This document shows positions 1 to 9,310 of a stretch of DNA of 64,000 nucleotides, piece by piece (positions within the stretch are counted from its first letter, which is position 1; each line of letters begins with the position of its first letter). The notes beneath the pieces were generated by a model that was given only the letters and a program-made list of their open reading frames with translations, did not search any database and was not told the origin of the DNA. Made by a program: the position numbers and the translations under genes. Origin of the DNA: Candidatus Eiseniibacteriota bacterium (GTDB lineage Bacteria > Eisenbacteria > RBG-16-71-46). The DNA lies in assembly GCA_031366795.1 (NCBI GenBank), contig JANLOX010000259.1, positions 220-64,219 of the forward strand, written 5' to 3'.

Positions 1-1
1 G

Positions 2-271
2 CGGCTCGTCGTCTACGGACAGGACCGCCAGTCGTTGCTCGCGGACCTCGCCAAGGCGATCACCTCGGCGCAAGTGAACATCCGCTCGGCCGGGATTGCG
101 AGCGAGGACAAGACCGCGCGCGGGGTGTTCGTCGTCGAGGTTTCGCACCTGTCCAAGCTGCAGAGCCTGATCGTCGCCATGCGCGCGGTGCCCGGTGTCA
201 GCCGCGTGGAGCGGCGGCATCGCTTTTCGACCGGTCCGTCCTCGCCGCGCCCCGACGAGGGCAAATCGTGA
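2..271 (+). CDS. relA: RelA/SpoT-family (p)ppGpp synthetase/hydrolase, C-terminal ACT-domain fragment (5' end lies outside the window)
   Basis: Frame-2 ORF is open to the window edge. C-terminal regulatory ACT-like sequence (...LADLAKAITSAQVNIRSAGIASEDKTARGVFVVEVSHLSKLQSLIVAMRAVPGVSRVERR). Stop TGA 269-271 overlaps the dtd GTG start. relA/spoT-dtd adjacency is common. Confidence 0.7.
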   Translation, partial: RLVVYGQDRQSLLADLAKAITSAQVNIRSAGIASEDKTARGVFVVEVSHLSKLQSLIVAMRAVPGVSRVERRHRFSTGPSSPRPDEGKS

Positions 272-735
272 GGGCGCTCGTCCAGCGGGTGACGCGAGCG
301 CGCTGCACGGTTGAAGGCGAGGTGACGGGGGAGATCAGCGTGGGACTCGTGGCGCTCGTTGGCGCGACTCACGGTGACGGCGGGCGCGAGGTCGCATGGC
401 TCGCCGCGAAGGTCGCGGGTTTGCGCATCTTCGCCGATGCCGCGGGCAAGATGAACCTCGACGTGCGCGAGGCGGGCGGCGCTGTGCTCGTGATCCCGCA
501 ATTCACATTGTATGGCGATGCGCGGCGCGGACGCCGTCCTGACTTCCTCGCTGCAGCGGCACCCGAACAGGCCGAGCCGCTCGTCGAGCAGTTCTGCGCG
601 GTGCTCGTGAGCGAAGGCGTGAGCGTGGCGCGTGGCAGGTTTCGCACGCACATGAGCATCGAACTCGTGAATGACGGACCGGTCACTTTGATGATCGAAA
701 CGCCCGCGCGTGACGCGGACGAGATCAAACCATGA
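268..735 (+). CDS. dtd: D-aminoacyl-tRNA (D-Tyr-tRNA) deacylase
   Basis: 155 aa. MRALVQRV...GLVALVGATHGD...VLVIPQFTLYGD matches the Dtd family pattern (MRAVIQRV / SQFTL). GTG start overlaps the upstream stop. Confidence 0.9.
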   Translation: MRALVQRVTRARCTVEGEVTGEISVGLVALVGATHGDGGREVAWLAAKVAGLRIFADAAGKMNLDVREAGGAVLVIPQFTLYGDARRGRRPDFLAAAAPEQAEPLVEQFCAVLVSEGVSVARGRFRTHMSIELVNDGPVTLMIETPARDADEIKP

Positions 736-1325
736 AGGATCGTGGTGGCAAATTGCTGTATGCCGGCAAGGCACCGCTGGTGCTGGCCTCGGCCTCGCCA
801 CGTCGCGTCGCACTGTTGCGGCAGGTCGGCGTCGATTTCGTCGTCGCAGACCCTGGCCCCGACCGCCCATGGCCGGGCAAAGCCGAGCCACGCAATGGCG
901 TCCGCGCTGTGGCACTCGCCAAAGCAAACCGCATCGCGGGGGAGCGCCCTACGGCCGTGGTGATCGGCGCCGACACCATCGTCGTCGCGCGCGGAACGCG
1001 GATGGGCAAGCCGGACAGCCCCGCTCAGGCGATCGAGATGTTGCGCCGGCTGCAGGGCAGGACGCATGAAGTGTGGACGGGCCTTGCCGTCGTCCGCGGC
1101 GAGGAATCCCGCACCGCGAGCGAATGCACGAAGGTCCAGTTCGCGCGCATGAGCGAGGTTGAGATCGAAGCCTACGTGGCGACCGGGGAACCGCTCGACA
1201 AGGCGGGAGCTTACGGGATCCAAGGGCGCGGCTCGTTGTTTGTGCGCAAGATCGAGGGCGACTATTTCAATGTGGTCGGGCTACCGCTGCAGCGGCTGAG
1301 GTTGATACTCGCCGAATTTGGGTGA
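732..1325 (+). CDS. maf: Maf-like nucleoside triphosphate pyrophosphatase (septum formation protein Maf)
   Basis: 197 aa. LVLASASPRRVALLRQVGVDF...IGADTIVV...GKPDS motif set of the Maf/YhdE family. ATG 732 overlaps the dtd stop (ATGA). Confidence 0.85.
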   Translation: MKDRGGKLLYAGKAPLVLASASPRRVALLRQVGVDFVVADPGPDRPWPGKAEPRNGVRAVALAKANRIAGERPTAVVIGADTIVVARGTRMGKPDSPAQAIEMLRRLQGRTHEVWTGLAVVRGEESRTASECTKVQFARMSEVEIEAYVATGEPLDKAGAYGIQGRGSLFVRKIEGDYFNVVGLPLQRLRLILAEFG

Positions 1326-1489
1326 GCCTTCGCCGGGCATCCAGACAACCCCGGAACCTCCAGATCAACGGAGAGCGGCTTCGCCGGCGCCAAGAAGCTG
1401 ACGATTCTCAAGTAACGCGGGGGCAAGGGTAGGGGAGGCACGGCATTGGGGCGGTTTACCGAGGCCAGCGGGCAGGTGGGGCCCCGGAA

Positions 1490-1519
1490 TTGACACCCTT
1501 GCGAATATCGTGCTAGCTT
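1490..1519 (+). promoter_or_regulatory. Candidate sigma-70-type promoter for rplM-rpsI (TTGACA -18- TAGCTT)
   Basis: TTGACA at 1490-1495 and TAGCTT at 1514-1519, about 110 nt upstream of the rplM start. The -10 is weak (3/6). Confidence 0.25.
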
Positions 1520-1628
1520 TCGATGTTTCTTGGGGATACGTGTGACTTCGGGCCGCCTTCCGGCTGCCCCGTAAGCTGCGGCATCTCGCGCGGTGCACGT
1601 GCAATTCGTTTCATCTGGGAGATCTGGC

Positions 1629-2078
1629 ATGAAGACGTATACGGCTTGCGCCGGTGACATCGAGCGGCGCTGGTTGCTCGTGGATGCGGAAGGGCAGACG
1701 CTCGGCCGTCTTGCGACGCACATTGCGATGGTGCTGCGCGGCAAGCACAAGCCGACGTATACCGCGCACATGGACACGGGCGACTTCGTCGTCGTGGTGA
1801 ACGCGAGCAAGGTGAAGCTGACGGGCACCAAGATCGACAAAGAACAGATCTTCCGGCACACCATGTACCCGGGCGGTATCCGCTGGACGTCGCTCAAGGA
1901 AACCATGGAAAAATATCCGGATCGAGTGTTCACGGCCGCCGTGCGGGGGATGGTTCCGCGCACCAAGCTGGGTCGCGCGATGATGAAGAAGCTGAAGGTG
2001 TACGGCGGTGCGGAGCATCCGCATGCGGCGCAGCAGCCTGAGGCTTGGACTCCGCCCCACCGCACGAGGAAGGCATGA
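1629..2078 (+). CDS. rplM: 50S ribosomal protein L13
   Basis: MKTYTA...WLLVDAEGQTLGRLA...VVVNASKVKLTGTK is the typical L13 N-terminus. ATG 1629 is preferred over the upstream in-frame ATG 1593 by homology. Confidence 0.9.
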   Translation: MKTYTACAGDIERRWLLVDAEGQTLGRLATHIAMVLRGKHKPTYTAHMDTGDFVVVVNASKVKLTGTKIDKEQIFRHTMYPGGIRWTSLKETMEKYPDRVFTAAVRGMVPRTKLGRAMMKKLKVYGGAEHPHAAQQPEAWTPPHRTRKA

Positions 2079-2470
2079 CCGCTACCGCCACGAAGCCTCT
2101 TACCGGGCGCCGCAAGCACTCGACGGCGCGTGTTCGCCTCGTCGCCGGTGCCGGCACCCACTCGATCAACGGCCGTGAACCGATGGAATACCTCAAGCGC
2201 GACACGCTGGTGATGGCGGCGTACCACCCGCTCAGCGTCGCGAACTTGATCGGCAAGTACAACGTCATCGCGCGTGTCAGCGGCGGTGGACTGACCGGTC
2301 AGTCGGGAGCCCTGCGCATGGCGATCGCCCGCGCGCTGGTGCGCGAGGACGAGGCACTGCGCGGGCTGATGGGCAAGGAAGGCCTGCTCACCCGCGACTC
2401 ACGCATGAAGGAACGTAAGAAGTACGGACAGCCTGGAGCTCGCAAGCGCTTCCAGTTCAGCAAGCGCTAA
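2075..2470 (+). CDS. rpsI: 30S ribosomal protein S9
   Basis: GRRKHSTARVRL..., ...GGGLTGQSGALRMAIARAL..., RDSRMKERKKYG..ARKRFQFSKR C-terminus. ATG 2075 is preceded by GAGGAAGG and overlaps the rplM stop (ATGA). Confidence 0.9.
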   Translation: MTATATKPLTGRRKHSTARVRLVAGAGTHSINGREPMEYLKRDTLVMAAYHPLSVANLIGKYNVIARVSGGGLTGQSGALRMAIARALVREDEALRGLMGKEGLLTRDSRMKERKKYGQPGARKRFQFSKR

Positions 2471-2602
2471 TCGCGCGAGCCAACCCTACGCCCGGATCGG
2501 TGCGCCGGGGTCTCCTGCAGCGAGCCGTAAGCGTTCGCGCGGGAGCAGAGCGCAGATTGAAGCCGGTGCGGGCGGAGACCTAACCCCTTAAAGGAGGAAG
2601 TT

Positions 2603-3385
2603 GTGCCGGATATCCAAATGAAGGATCTGCTCGAAGCAGGAGTCCACTTCGGGCACCAGACGCGCCGTTGGAGCCCTAAGATGAAGAAGTTCATCTTCAT
2701 GGAGCGCAATGGTATCTACATAATCGATCTGCAGAAGACGCTCAAGTGCGTCAACGAGGCGAAGGCTGCCCTGCAGAAGGTGGTGCGTGGCGGCGGGCAC
2801 GTGCTGTTCGTCGGCACCAAGAAGCAGGCCAAGACCATCGTCGTCGAAGATGCCAAGCGGGCAGGTCAGTACTTCGTGACCGAGCGCTGGCTGGGCGGCA
2901 TGCTCACCAACTTCAAGACCATCCGCACCAGCATCAAGCGTCTCCACGAGCTCGATCGCATGGCGTCCGATGGCACCTTCGAGAAGCTCGCCAAGAAGGA
3001 AGTCTCGCGGCTGGGTCGCGAGCGCGAGCGGCTGCAGTTCGCCTTCGAAGGCATCAAGGACATGCCGGGCCTGCCGGCCATGCTGTTCATCATCGACACC
3101 AAGAAGGAAAAGATCGCGGTCGCCGAGGCCAATCGCTTAGGGATTCCGATCGTCGGTGTCGTCGACACGAACTGCGACCCGACGCTGATCAACTTCCCGG
3201 TTCCGGGCAACGACGACGCGATCCGGTCCATCCGCCTGTTCTCCGGGATGGTGGCGGACAGCGTGCTCGAGGCGAAGTCCTTCGCGGCCGAGGGCGCTGA
3301 CCAGGAAACGGTGTCGTTCGGTGGCGACGCGGCCGAGGCCGAAGGCGCCCCGACCCCGACCCCGACGCAGCCGGCTTCCGTCTAG
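2603..3385 (+). CDS. rpsB: 30S ribosomal protein S2
   Basis: [20 protein letters not shown] signature. GTG 2603 is preceded by AAAGGAGGA (2589-2597). Confidence 0.9.
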   Translation: MPDIQMKDLLEAGVHFGHQTRRWSPKMKKFIFMERNGIYIIDLQKTLKCVNEAKAALQKVVRGGGHVLFVGTKKQAKTIVVEDAKRAGQYFVTERWLGGMLTNFKTIRTSIKRLHELDRMASDGTFEKLAKKEVSRLGRERERLQFAFEGIKDMPGLPAMLFIIDTKKEKIAVAEANRLGIPIVGVVDTNCDPTLINFPVPGNDDAIRSIRLFSGMVADSVLEAKSFAAEGADQETVSFGGDAAEAEGAPTPTPTQPASV

Positions 3386-3400
3386 CATCTTGCACCGCAG

Positions 3401-3425
3401 GGTGCCCCCGGCTCGCGGGGGCGCT
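3401..3425 (+). terminator. GC-rich hairpin between rpsB and tsf (possible T-tract-less terminator or attenuator)
   Basis: GCCCCCG (3404-3410) pairs with CGGGGGC (3416-3422), extendable by wobble pairs. No U-tract follows. Confidence 0.2.
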
Positions 3426-3514
3426 GGCGACCTTAACCACCATGAAGCGCAATCAGGCGGCGCGCGAACGGCCCAAGCGCCGGCCGGCCGCCTGTTGCAT
3501 ATGAGGACGTCGAG

Positions 3515-4111
3515 ATGACCATCACCGCAGAACAGGTGAAGCAGTTGCGCGACCAGACGGGCGCCGGCATGATGGAGTGCAAGAAGGCGCTGTCCGAGGC
3601 CTCCGGTGACGTGGGCAAGGCGGTCGACCTGTTGCGCAAGGCCGGCATGGCGCAGGCCGACAAGCGGTCCGGCCGTTCCGCCAGCGAGGGGATCGTCGAT
3701 TCGTACATTCACGCGGGCAATCGTGTAGGCGTGCTGATCGAAGTCAATTGCGAGACGGACTTCGTGGCGCGCACCGACGAGTTCGCCAAGCTGGTTCGCG
3801 ACCTGGCGCTACAGGCCTGCGCGGGCGGCGCCGAGTTCGTGCGCCCCGAAGAAGTGCCGGCGGCGCGCATCGAAAAGGAAAAAGAAATCTTCCGCGCGCA
3901 GATGGAAGGCTCCGGCAAGCCTGCGAACATCATCGAGAAGATTGTCGAAGGGAAGATCTCGAAATTCTATTCCGAGATCTGTCTGCTCGACCAGCCCTTC
4001 ATCAAGGACGACAAGATGACGGTTCAGGAGCTGGTCAAGGCCGCTTCCGCCAAGACCGGCGAGAACATCATCGTCCGCCGTTTCGTCCGGTTCCAGCTCG
4101 GCCAGGAGTAG
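3515..4111 (+). CDS. tsf: Elongation factor Ts (short, about 198 aa form)
   Basis: [26 protein letters not shown] is the typical EF-Ts N-terminal (UBA-like) sequence. The rpsB-tsf-pyrH-frr order is conserved. Confidence 0.9.
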   Translation: MTITAEQVKQLRDQTGAGMMECKKALSEASGDVGKAVDLLRKAGMAQADKRSGRSASEGIVDSYIHAGNRVGVLIEVNCETDFVARTDEFAKLVRDLALQACAGGAEFVRPEEVPAARIEKEKEIFRAQMEGSGKPANIIEKIVEGKISKFYSEICLLDQPFIKDDKMTVQELVKAASAKTGENIIVRRFVRFQLGQE

Positions 4112-4115
4112 CGGC

Positions 4116-4832
4116 TTGCCCGCCGCGTTCCAGCGCATCCTGCTCAAGCTGAGCGGGGAAATCCTCGCCGGCAAGGGGGGGCACGGCGTCGACGAAAACG
4201 TCATGGCGGATCTCGCGGACGAGATTCGCCAGGTGCACGATCTCGGCGTGCAAATCGGCATCGTGGTCGGCGGCGGCAATATCTTCCGCGGCCTCGCCGC
4301 CAGCACGCGCGGCATGGACCGCGCGGGCGCTGACTATATGGGCATGCTCGCCACGGTCATCAATGGCCTGGCGCTGCAGCATGCGCTCGAGAAGCGCGGC
4401 GTTTACACGCGCGTGATGTCGGCGATCGAGATGGACCGCGTGTGCGAGCCCTACATCCGGCGGCGCGCCGTGCGGCACCTCGAGAAGAACCGTATCGTGG
4501 TCCTCGCTGCGGGCACCGGCAATCCCTACTTCACCACCGATACCGCTGCGGCCTTGCGCGCGATCGAGATCGGCGCCGACGTGATCCTCAAGGCGACGAA
4601 GGTCGACGGCATCTATACTGCCGATCCGATGAAGGATCCGGCCGCGACCCGCTTCACCACGATGAACTACATGGAAATCCTGAATCGCGGTCTCAAGGTG
4701 ATGGACTCGACGGCCATCTCCTTGTGCATGGACAACCAGCTGCCCTTGATCGTGTTCAATGTCGGGGTGCGCGGTAACATGCTCCGTGTCGTACAGGGTG
4801 AAGCCGTCGGAACGACCGTCAAGGAGTCTTAA
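4116..4832 (+). CDS. pyrH: Uridylate (UMP) kinase
   Basis: RILLKLSGE...[16 protein letters not shown]...[17 protein letters not shown] motifs. TTG 4116 with AGGAG 7 nt upstream. Confidence 0.9.
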   Translation: MPAAFQRILLKLSGEILAGKGGHGVDENVMADLADEIRQVHDLGVQIGIVVGGGNIFRGLAASTRGMDRAGADYMGMLATVINGLALQHALEKRGVYTRVMSAIEMDRVCEPYIRRRAVRHLEKNRIVVLAAGTGNPYFTTDTAAALRAIEIGADVILKATKVDGIYTADPMKDPAATRFTTMNYMEILNRGLKVMDSTAISLCMDNQLPLIVFNVGVRGNMLRVVQGEAVGTTVKES

Positions 4833-4834
4833 GG

Positions 4835-5395
4835 ATGGCGACTCACAAGGTCCTCGCCGAAGGCGAAGAGCGGATGAAGAAGGCCGTCGAGGGTGCGAAG
4901 CGCGAGCTGTCCTCGATTCGCAGCGGCAAGGCGACACCGGCGCTGCTCGACACCATCAAGGTCGAAGCCTATGGCTCACTGGTGCCGCTGACGCAGGTCG
5001 GCAGCGTCTCGGCGCCCGAGGCCCGGCTGATCGTCGTGCAGCCGTGGGACAAGTCGCTGATCAAGGAGATCATCCGCGGCATCCAGCAATCCGAGATGGG
5101 ACTCAATCCCACCGACGATGGCGCCGTGGTGCGCGTGCCGATCCCGCAGTTGACCGAAGAGCGTCGCAAGGACTTGGTGAAGGTCATTGCGAAGCTCGTC
5201 GAAGAAGGCCGCGTGCACGTGCGGCAGGTGCGGCACGACGTCAATCACACCGTCAAGCAGCTGCAGGGCGATAACGAACTGGCCGAGGACGAAGCGAAGC
5301 GGTTGACCGCGGACGTCCAGAAGTTGACCGACCGCTACATTGCGACCCTCGATGAGATCCTGAAGAAGAAGACGGCCGAAGTCATGGAAGTCTGA
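4835..5395 (+). CDS. frr: Ribosome recycling factor
   Basis: 186 aa, ...SIRSGKATPALLD...VQPWDKSL...LTEERRKDLVK. ATG is preceded by AAGGAG. Confidence 0.9.
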   Translation: MATHKVLAEGEERMKKAVEGAKRELSSIRSGKATPALLDTIKVEAYGSLVPLTQVGSVSAPEARLIVVQPWDKSLIKEIIRGIQQSEMGLNPTDDGAVVRVPIPQLTEERRKDLVKVIAKLVEEGRVHVRQVRHDVNHTVKQLQGDNELAEDEAKRLTADVQKLTDRYIATLDEILKKKTAEVMEV

Positions 5396-5424
5396 CGGGT
5401 CTTAAGCCGGGACGCGGAGGCGCG

Positions 5425-6168
5425 TTGTCCAGCGGTACACTGAGCCCTGAGGAACTGCGCCGGAGTGGAGACATCCCCCGGCATATCGCCATCATCATGG
5501 ACGGGAATGGGCGATGGGCCCGCTCCCGCGGTATTCAACGCCTGATGGGGCACCGCGCCGGCCGTGATGCCGTGCGCGACACGGTCCGCGGCTGCGTGGC
5601 ACTGGGTGTCGAGGTGGTGAGCCTGTACACGTTCTCAATCGAGAACTGGAACCGCCCCAAGCGCGAAGTCCAGGCGCTGATGACGATCCTCAAGGACACC
5701 CTGCGCGGCGAACGCGACGAACTGCACAGCAACAATGTGCGACTTCAAGTCATCGGTCATCCTGCCGACCTGCCCGAGTCCGTGCAGCGAGTGATCCGCG
5801 AGACCGAGGACTACCTGTCGGGCAATTCCGGTATGTTGTTGCTCGTGGCGCTCTCCTACAGCGGCCGCGCGGAGATCGTCGATGCGGTGCGCCGGATCCT
5901 CGAGGACCAGAAACATTCGCCGGTGCCGCCCGCGGCCGTCGATGAGGAGCTGGTCGCCAGCTACATGTACACGGCCGGCCTGCCCGATCCCGACCTGCTG
6001 ATCCGCACCAGCGGCGAGATGCGCATCTCGAACTTCCTGCTGTGGCAGCTCGCCTACACGGAACTGTGGATCACCGACACACTGTGGCCGGATTTCAGGA
6101 AGAAGCATCTCTACCGCGCGGTCGCCGACTACCAGACGCGTGACCGCCGCTTCGGGCGCGTGGATTGA
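5425..6168 (+). CDS. uppS: Undecaprenyl-diphosphate synthase (cis-isoprenyl transferase)
   Basis: PRHIAIIMDGNGRWA...SLYTFSIENWNRP...LIRTSGEMRISNFLLWQ signature of UppS. Confidence 0.9.
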   Translation: MSSGTLSPEELRRSGDIPRHIAIIMDGNGRWARSRGIQRLMGHRAGRDAVRDTVRGCVALGVEVVSLYTFSIENWNRPKREVQALMTILKDTLRGERDELHSNNVRLQVIGHPADLPESVQRVIRETEDYLSGNSGMLLLVALSYSGRAEIVDAVRRILEDQKHSPVPPAAVDEELVASYMYTAGLPDPDLLIRTSGEMRISNFLLWQLAYTELWITDTLWPDFRKKHLYRAVADYQTRDRRFGRVD

Positions 6169-7052
6169 ATCCCGAAGGCCTGAGCAAGGAGCCGATGGCC
6201 GTGGCCAGTCGCAAGTCGGCCTGGGCGCTGACCCTGCGCGTAGGGAGCGGCATCCTGTTCGTGCCGCTGCTGCTGCTGCTGGTGTCCCGGGGGGGGGCCG
6301 CGTTCTTCACCTTCGTCGCGGTGCAGGTCGTCATCGGACTGCTCGAATTCTACGGGATGATGCGCAACAAGGGCCTCGATCCGCGGGTGTGGCTCGGGCT
6401 GGCGAGTGGCATCGGTGTCCAGTGGATCGCCTACCGCCCCGAAGGCGCGCAGGCCGACTTTCTGGTGACCGCGGCCCTGCTGCTGGCGCTGGGACTGGCA
6501 TTGCGCCATCCCTCGCGGCCGCGTCAGGTCGAGAACATCGCCGTCACCGCGCTCGGTGTGCTTTACGTGGCATGGCTGTCGTCGCATCTGGTGCTGCTGC
6601 GCGAATTGCCGTGGCGCGTGGGCACCAGTTACTCGACCGGGGCCTCGTTCGTGTTCCTCGCGTTCTTCGTGACCTGGAGCTGTGATACCGGTGCCTATGC
6701 CGTCGGCCGGCTGTGGGGCCGCGTGCGGCCGTGGACCACGATCTCTCCGCGCAAGTCGGTCGAAGGAGCCGTGGGAGGCTTTGGTTGCGCGATCGCGGCG
6801 GCGTTCATCGCGCGCGCGTGGTTCGCGCCCTACCTGCGCGTCATCGACGCGGCCGCACTCGGCATGCTGATCGGCGTGTTCGCGCAAGTGGGCGACTTCG
6901 TCGAGTCGCTGCTCAAGCGCGATGCCCAGCACGATGATTCTTCCGACATCATCCCCGGACATGGGGGCGTGCTCGACCGCTTCGACAGTCTCTATTTCGG
7001 GGCGCCCATCGTGTTCTACTACCTGCGGCTCGTCGTGTTCCAGGCACCATGA
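6165..7052 (+). CDS. cdsA: Phosphatidate cytidylyltransferase (CDP-diglyceride synthase)
   Basis: TWSCDTGAYAVGRLWG...KSVEGAVGG...GHGGVLDRFDS C-terminal CdsA motifs. Multi-TM N-terminus. Start is either TTG 6165 (overlaps the uppS stop) or ATG 6195. Confidence 0.85.
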   Translation: MNPEGLSKEPMAVASRKSAWALTLRVGSGILFVPLLLLLVSRGGAAFFTFVAVQVVIGLLEFYGMMRNKGLDPRVWLGLASGIGVQWIAYRPEGAQADFLVTAALLLALGLALRHPSRPRQVENIAVTALGVLYVAWLSSHLVLLRELPWRVGTSYSTGASFVFLAFFVTWSCDTGAYAVGRLWGRVRPWTTISPRKSVEGAVGGFGCAIAAAFIARAWFAPYLRVIDAAALGMLIGVFAQVGDFVESLLKRDAQHDDSSDIIPGHGGVLDRFDSLYFGAPIVFYYLRLVVFQAP

Positions 7053-8221
7053 CCGTACGCGTCACCGTGTTGGGTTCGACCGGCTCGATCGGCCGCCAGA
7101 CGCTCGAGGTGGTCGGACATTCGCAGGGCCGGCTCGAGGCCGTGGCGCTCGCGGCGGGCTCGGACCTCGAAATGCTGCTGGCGCAAGCGGCGCGCGTGAA
7201 GCCGCAGGCGCTCGGCCTCGAAGTGGCGAGCGATCCCACTGCGGCGCGCGAACGGCTCAAGGCCGTGGCTCCCGCGGCACGCATCGAGATCGGCGCGGGG
7301 GCGGCGGTGCGATTGGCCGCGGAAGTCGATTCCGAGATCGTCGTCAACGGCGTGGTGGGTGCCGCGGGCCTCGAGCCCTCGCTCGCGGCGCTCAACCGCG
7401 GCGCGCGCTTGGCGCTGGCGAACAAGGAGACGCTGGTCATCGGGTCGGTGCTGGTGCGCGCAGCACTCGCGCGCGGCGGTTCGCTCGTGCCGGTCGACAG
7501 CGAGCACAGCGGCGCCCTTCAGGTGTTAGGTGGGCGGCCGGCCGCGGAAGTCGTGCGGCTGACCATCACCGCTTCGGGCGGCGCGTTGCGTGACCATCCC
7601 GACTGGCGCCGCGCCACGCGCGAGCAGGTGCTGGCGCATCCGGTGTGGCCGATGGGCGACCGCATCACCGTCGATTCAGCGTTGATGTTCAACAAGGGCC
7701 TCGAATTGATCGAGGCGCAGGTGTTGTTCGACCTCGAGTGGCATCAACTCGAGGCCGTGCTGCACCCGGAAGCCCGGCTGCATGCGTGGGCGACGTTCGT
7801 CGACGGCTCGACGCTCGTGCAGGCGGCGCGTCCCGACATGGCGTTGCCGATCCAGTTGGCGCTGACCTGGCCCGAGCGCTGGCCGTGCAGCGTCAAGCCG
7901 CTCGAGGCGCAGGACCTTGCGGGGCTGACCATCGGTCCCATTTCGCTCGAGCGCTATCCCGCGCTGGCACTGGTGATCGCCGCGGGGAAGACGGGCGGCA
8001 CGGCACCTTGCGCGATCAACGCCGCCGATGAAGTCGCGGTGCGCGCCTTCCTCGACGGCGCGATCGGGATCGGGGATGTTCCCGATGTGCTGGCGCGCGT
8101 GATGGACCGCTTCGAGCCGGAGGCCGTGGTCTCGGTGGCGCAACTGCGTGAAGTCGATGCGCGCGTCCGCGAGTGGGCGCGCGCCGCAGTAGCCGCGGTG
8201 CCGGCGGGAGGCCGCCCGTGA
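7049..8221 (+). CDS. dxr: 1-deoxy-D-xylulose 5-phosphate reductoisomerase
   Basis: VTVLGSTGSIGRQTLEV...LANKETLV...DSEHSA... Dxr motifs. ATGA overlap with cdsA. Confidence 0.9.
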   Translation: MTVRVTVLGSTGSIGRQTLEVVGHSQGRLEAVALAAGSDLEMLLAQAARVKPQALGLEVASDPTAARERLKAVAPAARIEIGAGAAVRLAAEVDSEIVVNGVVGAAGLEPSLAALNRGARLALANKETLVIGSVLVRAALARGGSLVPVDSEHSGALQVLGGRPAAEVVRLTITASGGALRDHPDWRRATREQVLAHPVWPMGDRITVDSALMFNKGLELIEAQVLFDLEWHQLEAVLHPEARLHAWATFVDGSTLVQAARPDMALPIQLALTWPERWPCSVKPLEAQDLAGLTIGPISLERYPALALVIAAGKTGGTAPCAINAADEVAVRAFLDGAIGIGDVPDVLARVMDRFEPEAVVSVAQLREVDARVREWARAAVAAVPAGGRP

Positions 8222-9309
8222 GCGCGCGTAAGACGGCAACGGTGCGCAAACGTGGCTCCGCATCGCGCAACCGACGCGGCGGTGCCGCAGTCTCGCCCCT
8301 GGTACGCCGTCGCGTGGGCGCACGGGCGTTGCGACCCTGGATAGACAGGCTGCGCGACCTGCCCGCCGTGGTGTGGGGCGACTTCGTGCTGGATGAGTAC
8401 TGGCAGTGCCGCTCGACCCGCGTCTCGCGCGAGGCTCCGGTGCTCGTGCTCGACTATCGCTCGCGCTCGGCGGAGGGCGGCGGCGCCGCCAATGCTGCGC
8501 TCAACATGGCCTCACTTGGCGCACGCGTCGCGGTGGTCGGTTGGGTGGGCGCGGATCCGGCCGGCGAAGAAATCCGCACGCTGCTGGCGCGTGCCGGCTG
8601 TGACGTGCGCGGCCTGCTCGTGCATCCCAGCAATCCCACCATCGTCAAGACGCGCATCGTTGCGGGCGACGTGCACACCGCACTTCAGCAGGTCGTGCGC
8701 GTTGACCGTGGCGAGGCGTTTGCAGCGGACGCCGGTTCGCGTCGTCTATTAATGGAGGCGCTGCGCCGCGCCACGGCTGATGCGCGCGCGCTCGTGATGT
8801 CGGACTATGGCTACGACTCGGTCACCCCGGTGCTGGCGCGGCACGCGGCGCGCGCTTGGCCACGCCAGCTCGTTGTGGGCGTCGATGCGCGCTACCGGCT
8901 GGGCGACTACCGCAACGTCACCGTCGCGACGCCTAATGAGGGCGAGGCGGCCGCGGCGATCGGGCATGCCCTCGGCAGCGACGCCGAGTTGGCGCGCGGC
9001 GCGCAGTCGTTGCGGCGCCGCACGGGCGTCGAGCAGTTGATCGTGACGCGGGGGCGCGATGGCATGACGTTGTGGAATGGCGAAGGGGGTGCCTCGCTCG
9101 AAGCGTGGGGCGGGCACGAAGCGGTCGATGTGACGGGTGCGGGAGACGCGGTGGTCGCCACGGTGACGCTGGCGCTCGCCGCCGGTTCGCCGCCGCTTGC
9201 GGCCGCGGCCCTCGCCAATGTCGCGGGCTGCGTGGCGGTGAGTCGCCGCGGCGCCGTCGCGGTCACGCCGCACGAACTCCGCGACGCACTCGCCGGGGCA
9301 GGGGCCTGA
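8218..9309 (+). CDS. hldA: D-glycero-beta-D-manno-heptose-7-phosphate kinase (HldE domain I-like, PfkB family)
   Basis: AVVWGDFVLDEYW...EAPVLVLD...GGAANAALNMASLGA...DVTGAGDAVVA ribokinase-fold motifs, as in the RfaE/HldE kinase domain. GTG 8218 is preceded by GGGAGG (8206-8211) and overlaps the dxr stop. This start gives a basic 55-aa N-terminal extension. Confidence 0.75.
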   Translation: MSARKTATVRKRGSASRNRRGGAAVSPLVRRRVGARALRPWIDRLRDLPAVVWGDFVLDEYWQCRSTRVSREAPVLVLDYRSRSAEGGGAANAALNMASLGARVAVVGWVGADPAGEEIRTLLARAGCDVRGLLVHPSNPTIVKTRIVAGDVHTALQQVVRVDRGEAFAADAGSRRLLMEALRRATADARALVMSDYGYDSVTPVLARHAARAWPRQLVVGVDARYRLGDYRNVTVATPNEGEAAAAIGHALGSDAELARGAQSLRRRTGVEQLIVTRGRDGMTLWNGEGGASLEAWGGHEAVDVTGAGDAVVATVTLALAAGSPPLAAAALANVAGCVAVSRRGAVAVTPHELRDALAGAGA

Positions 9310-9310
9310 C

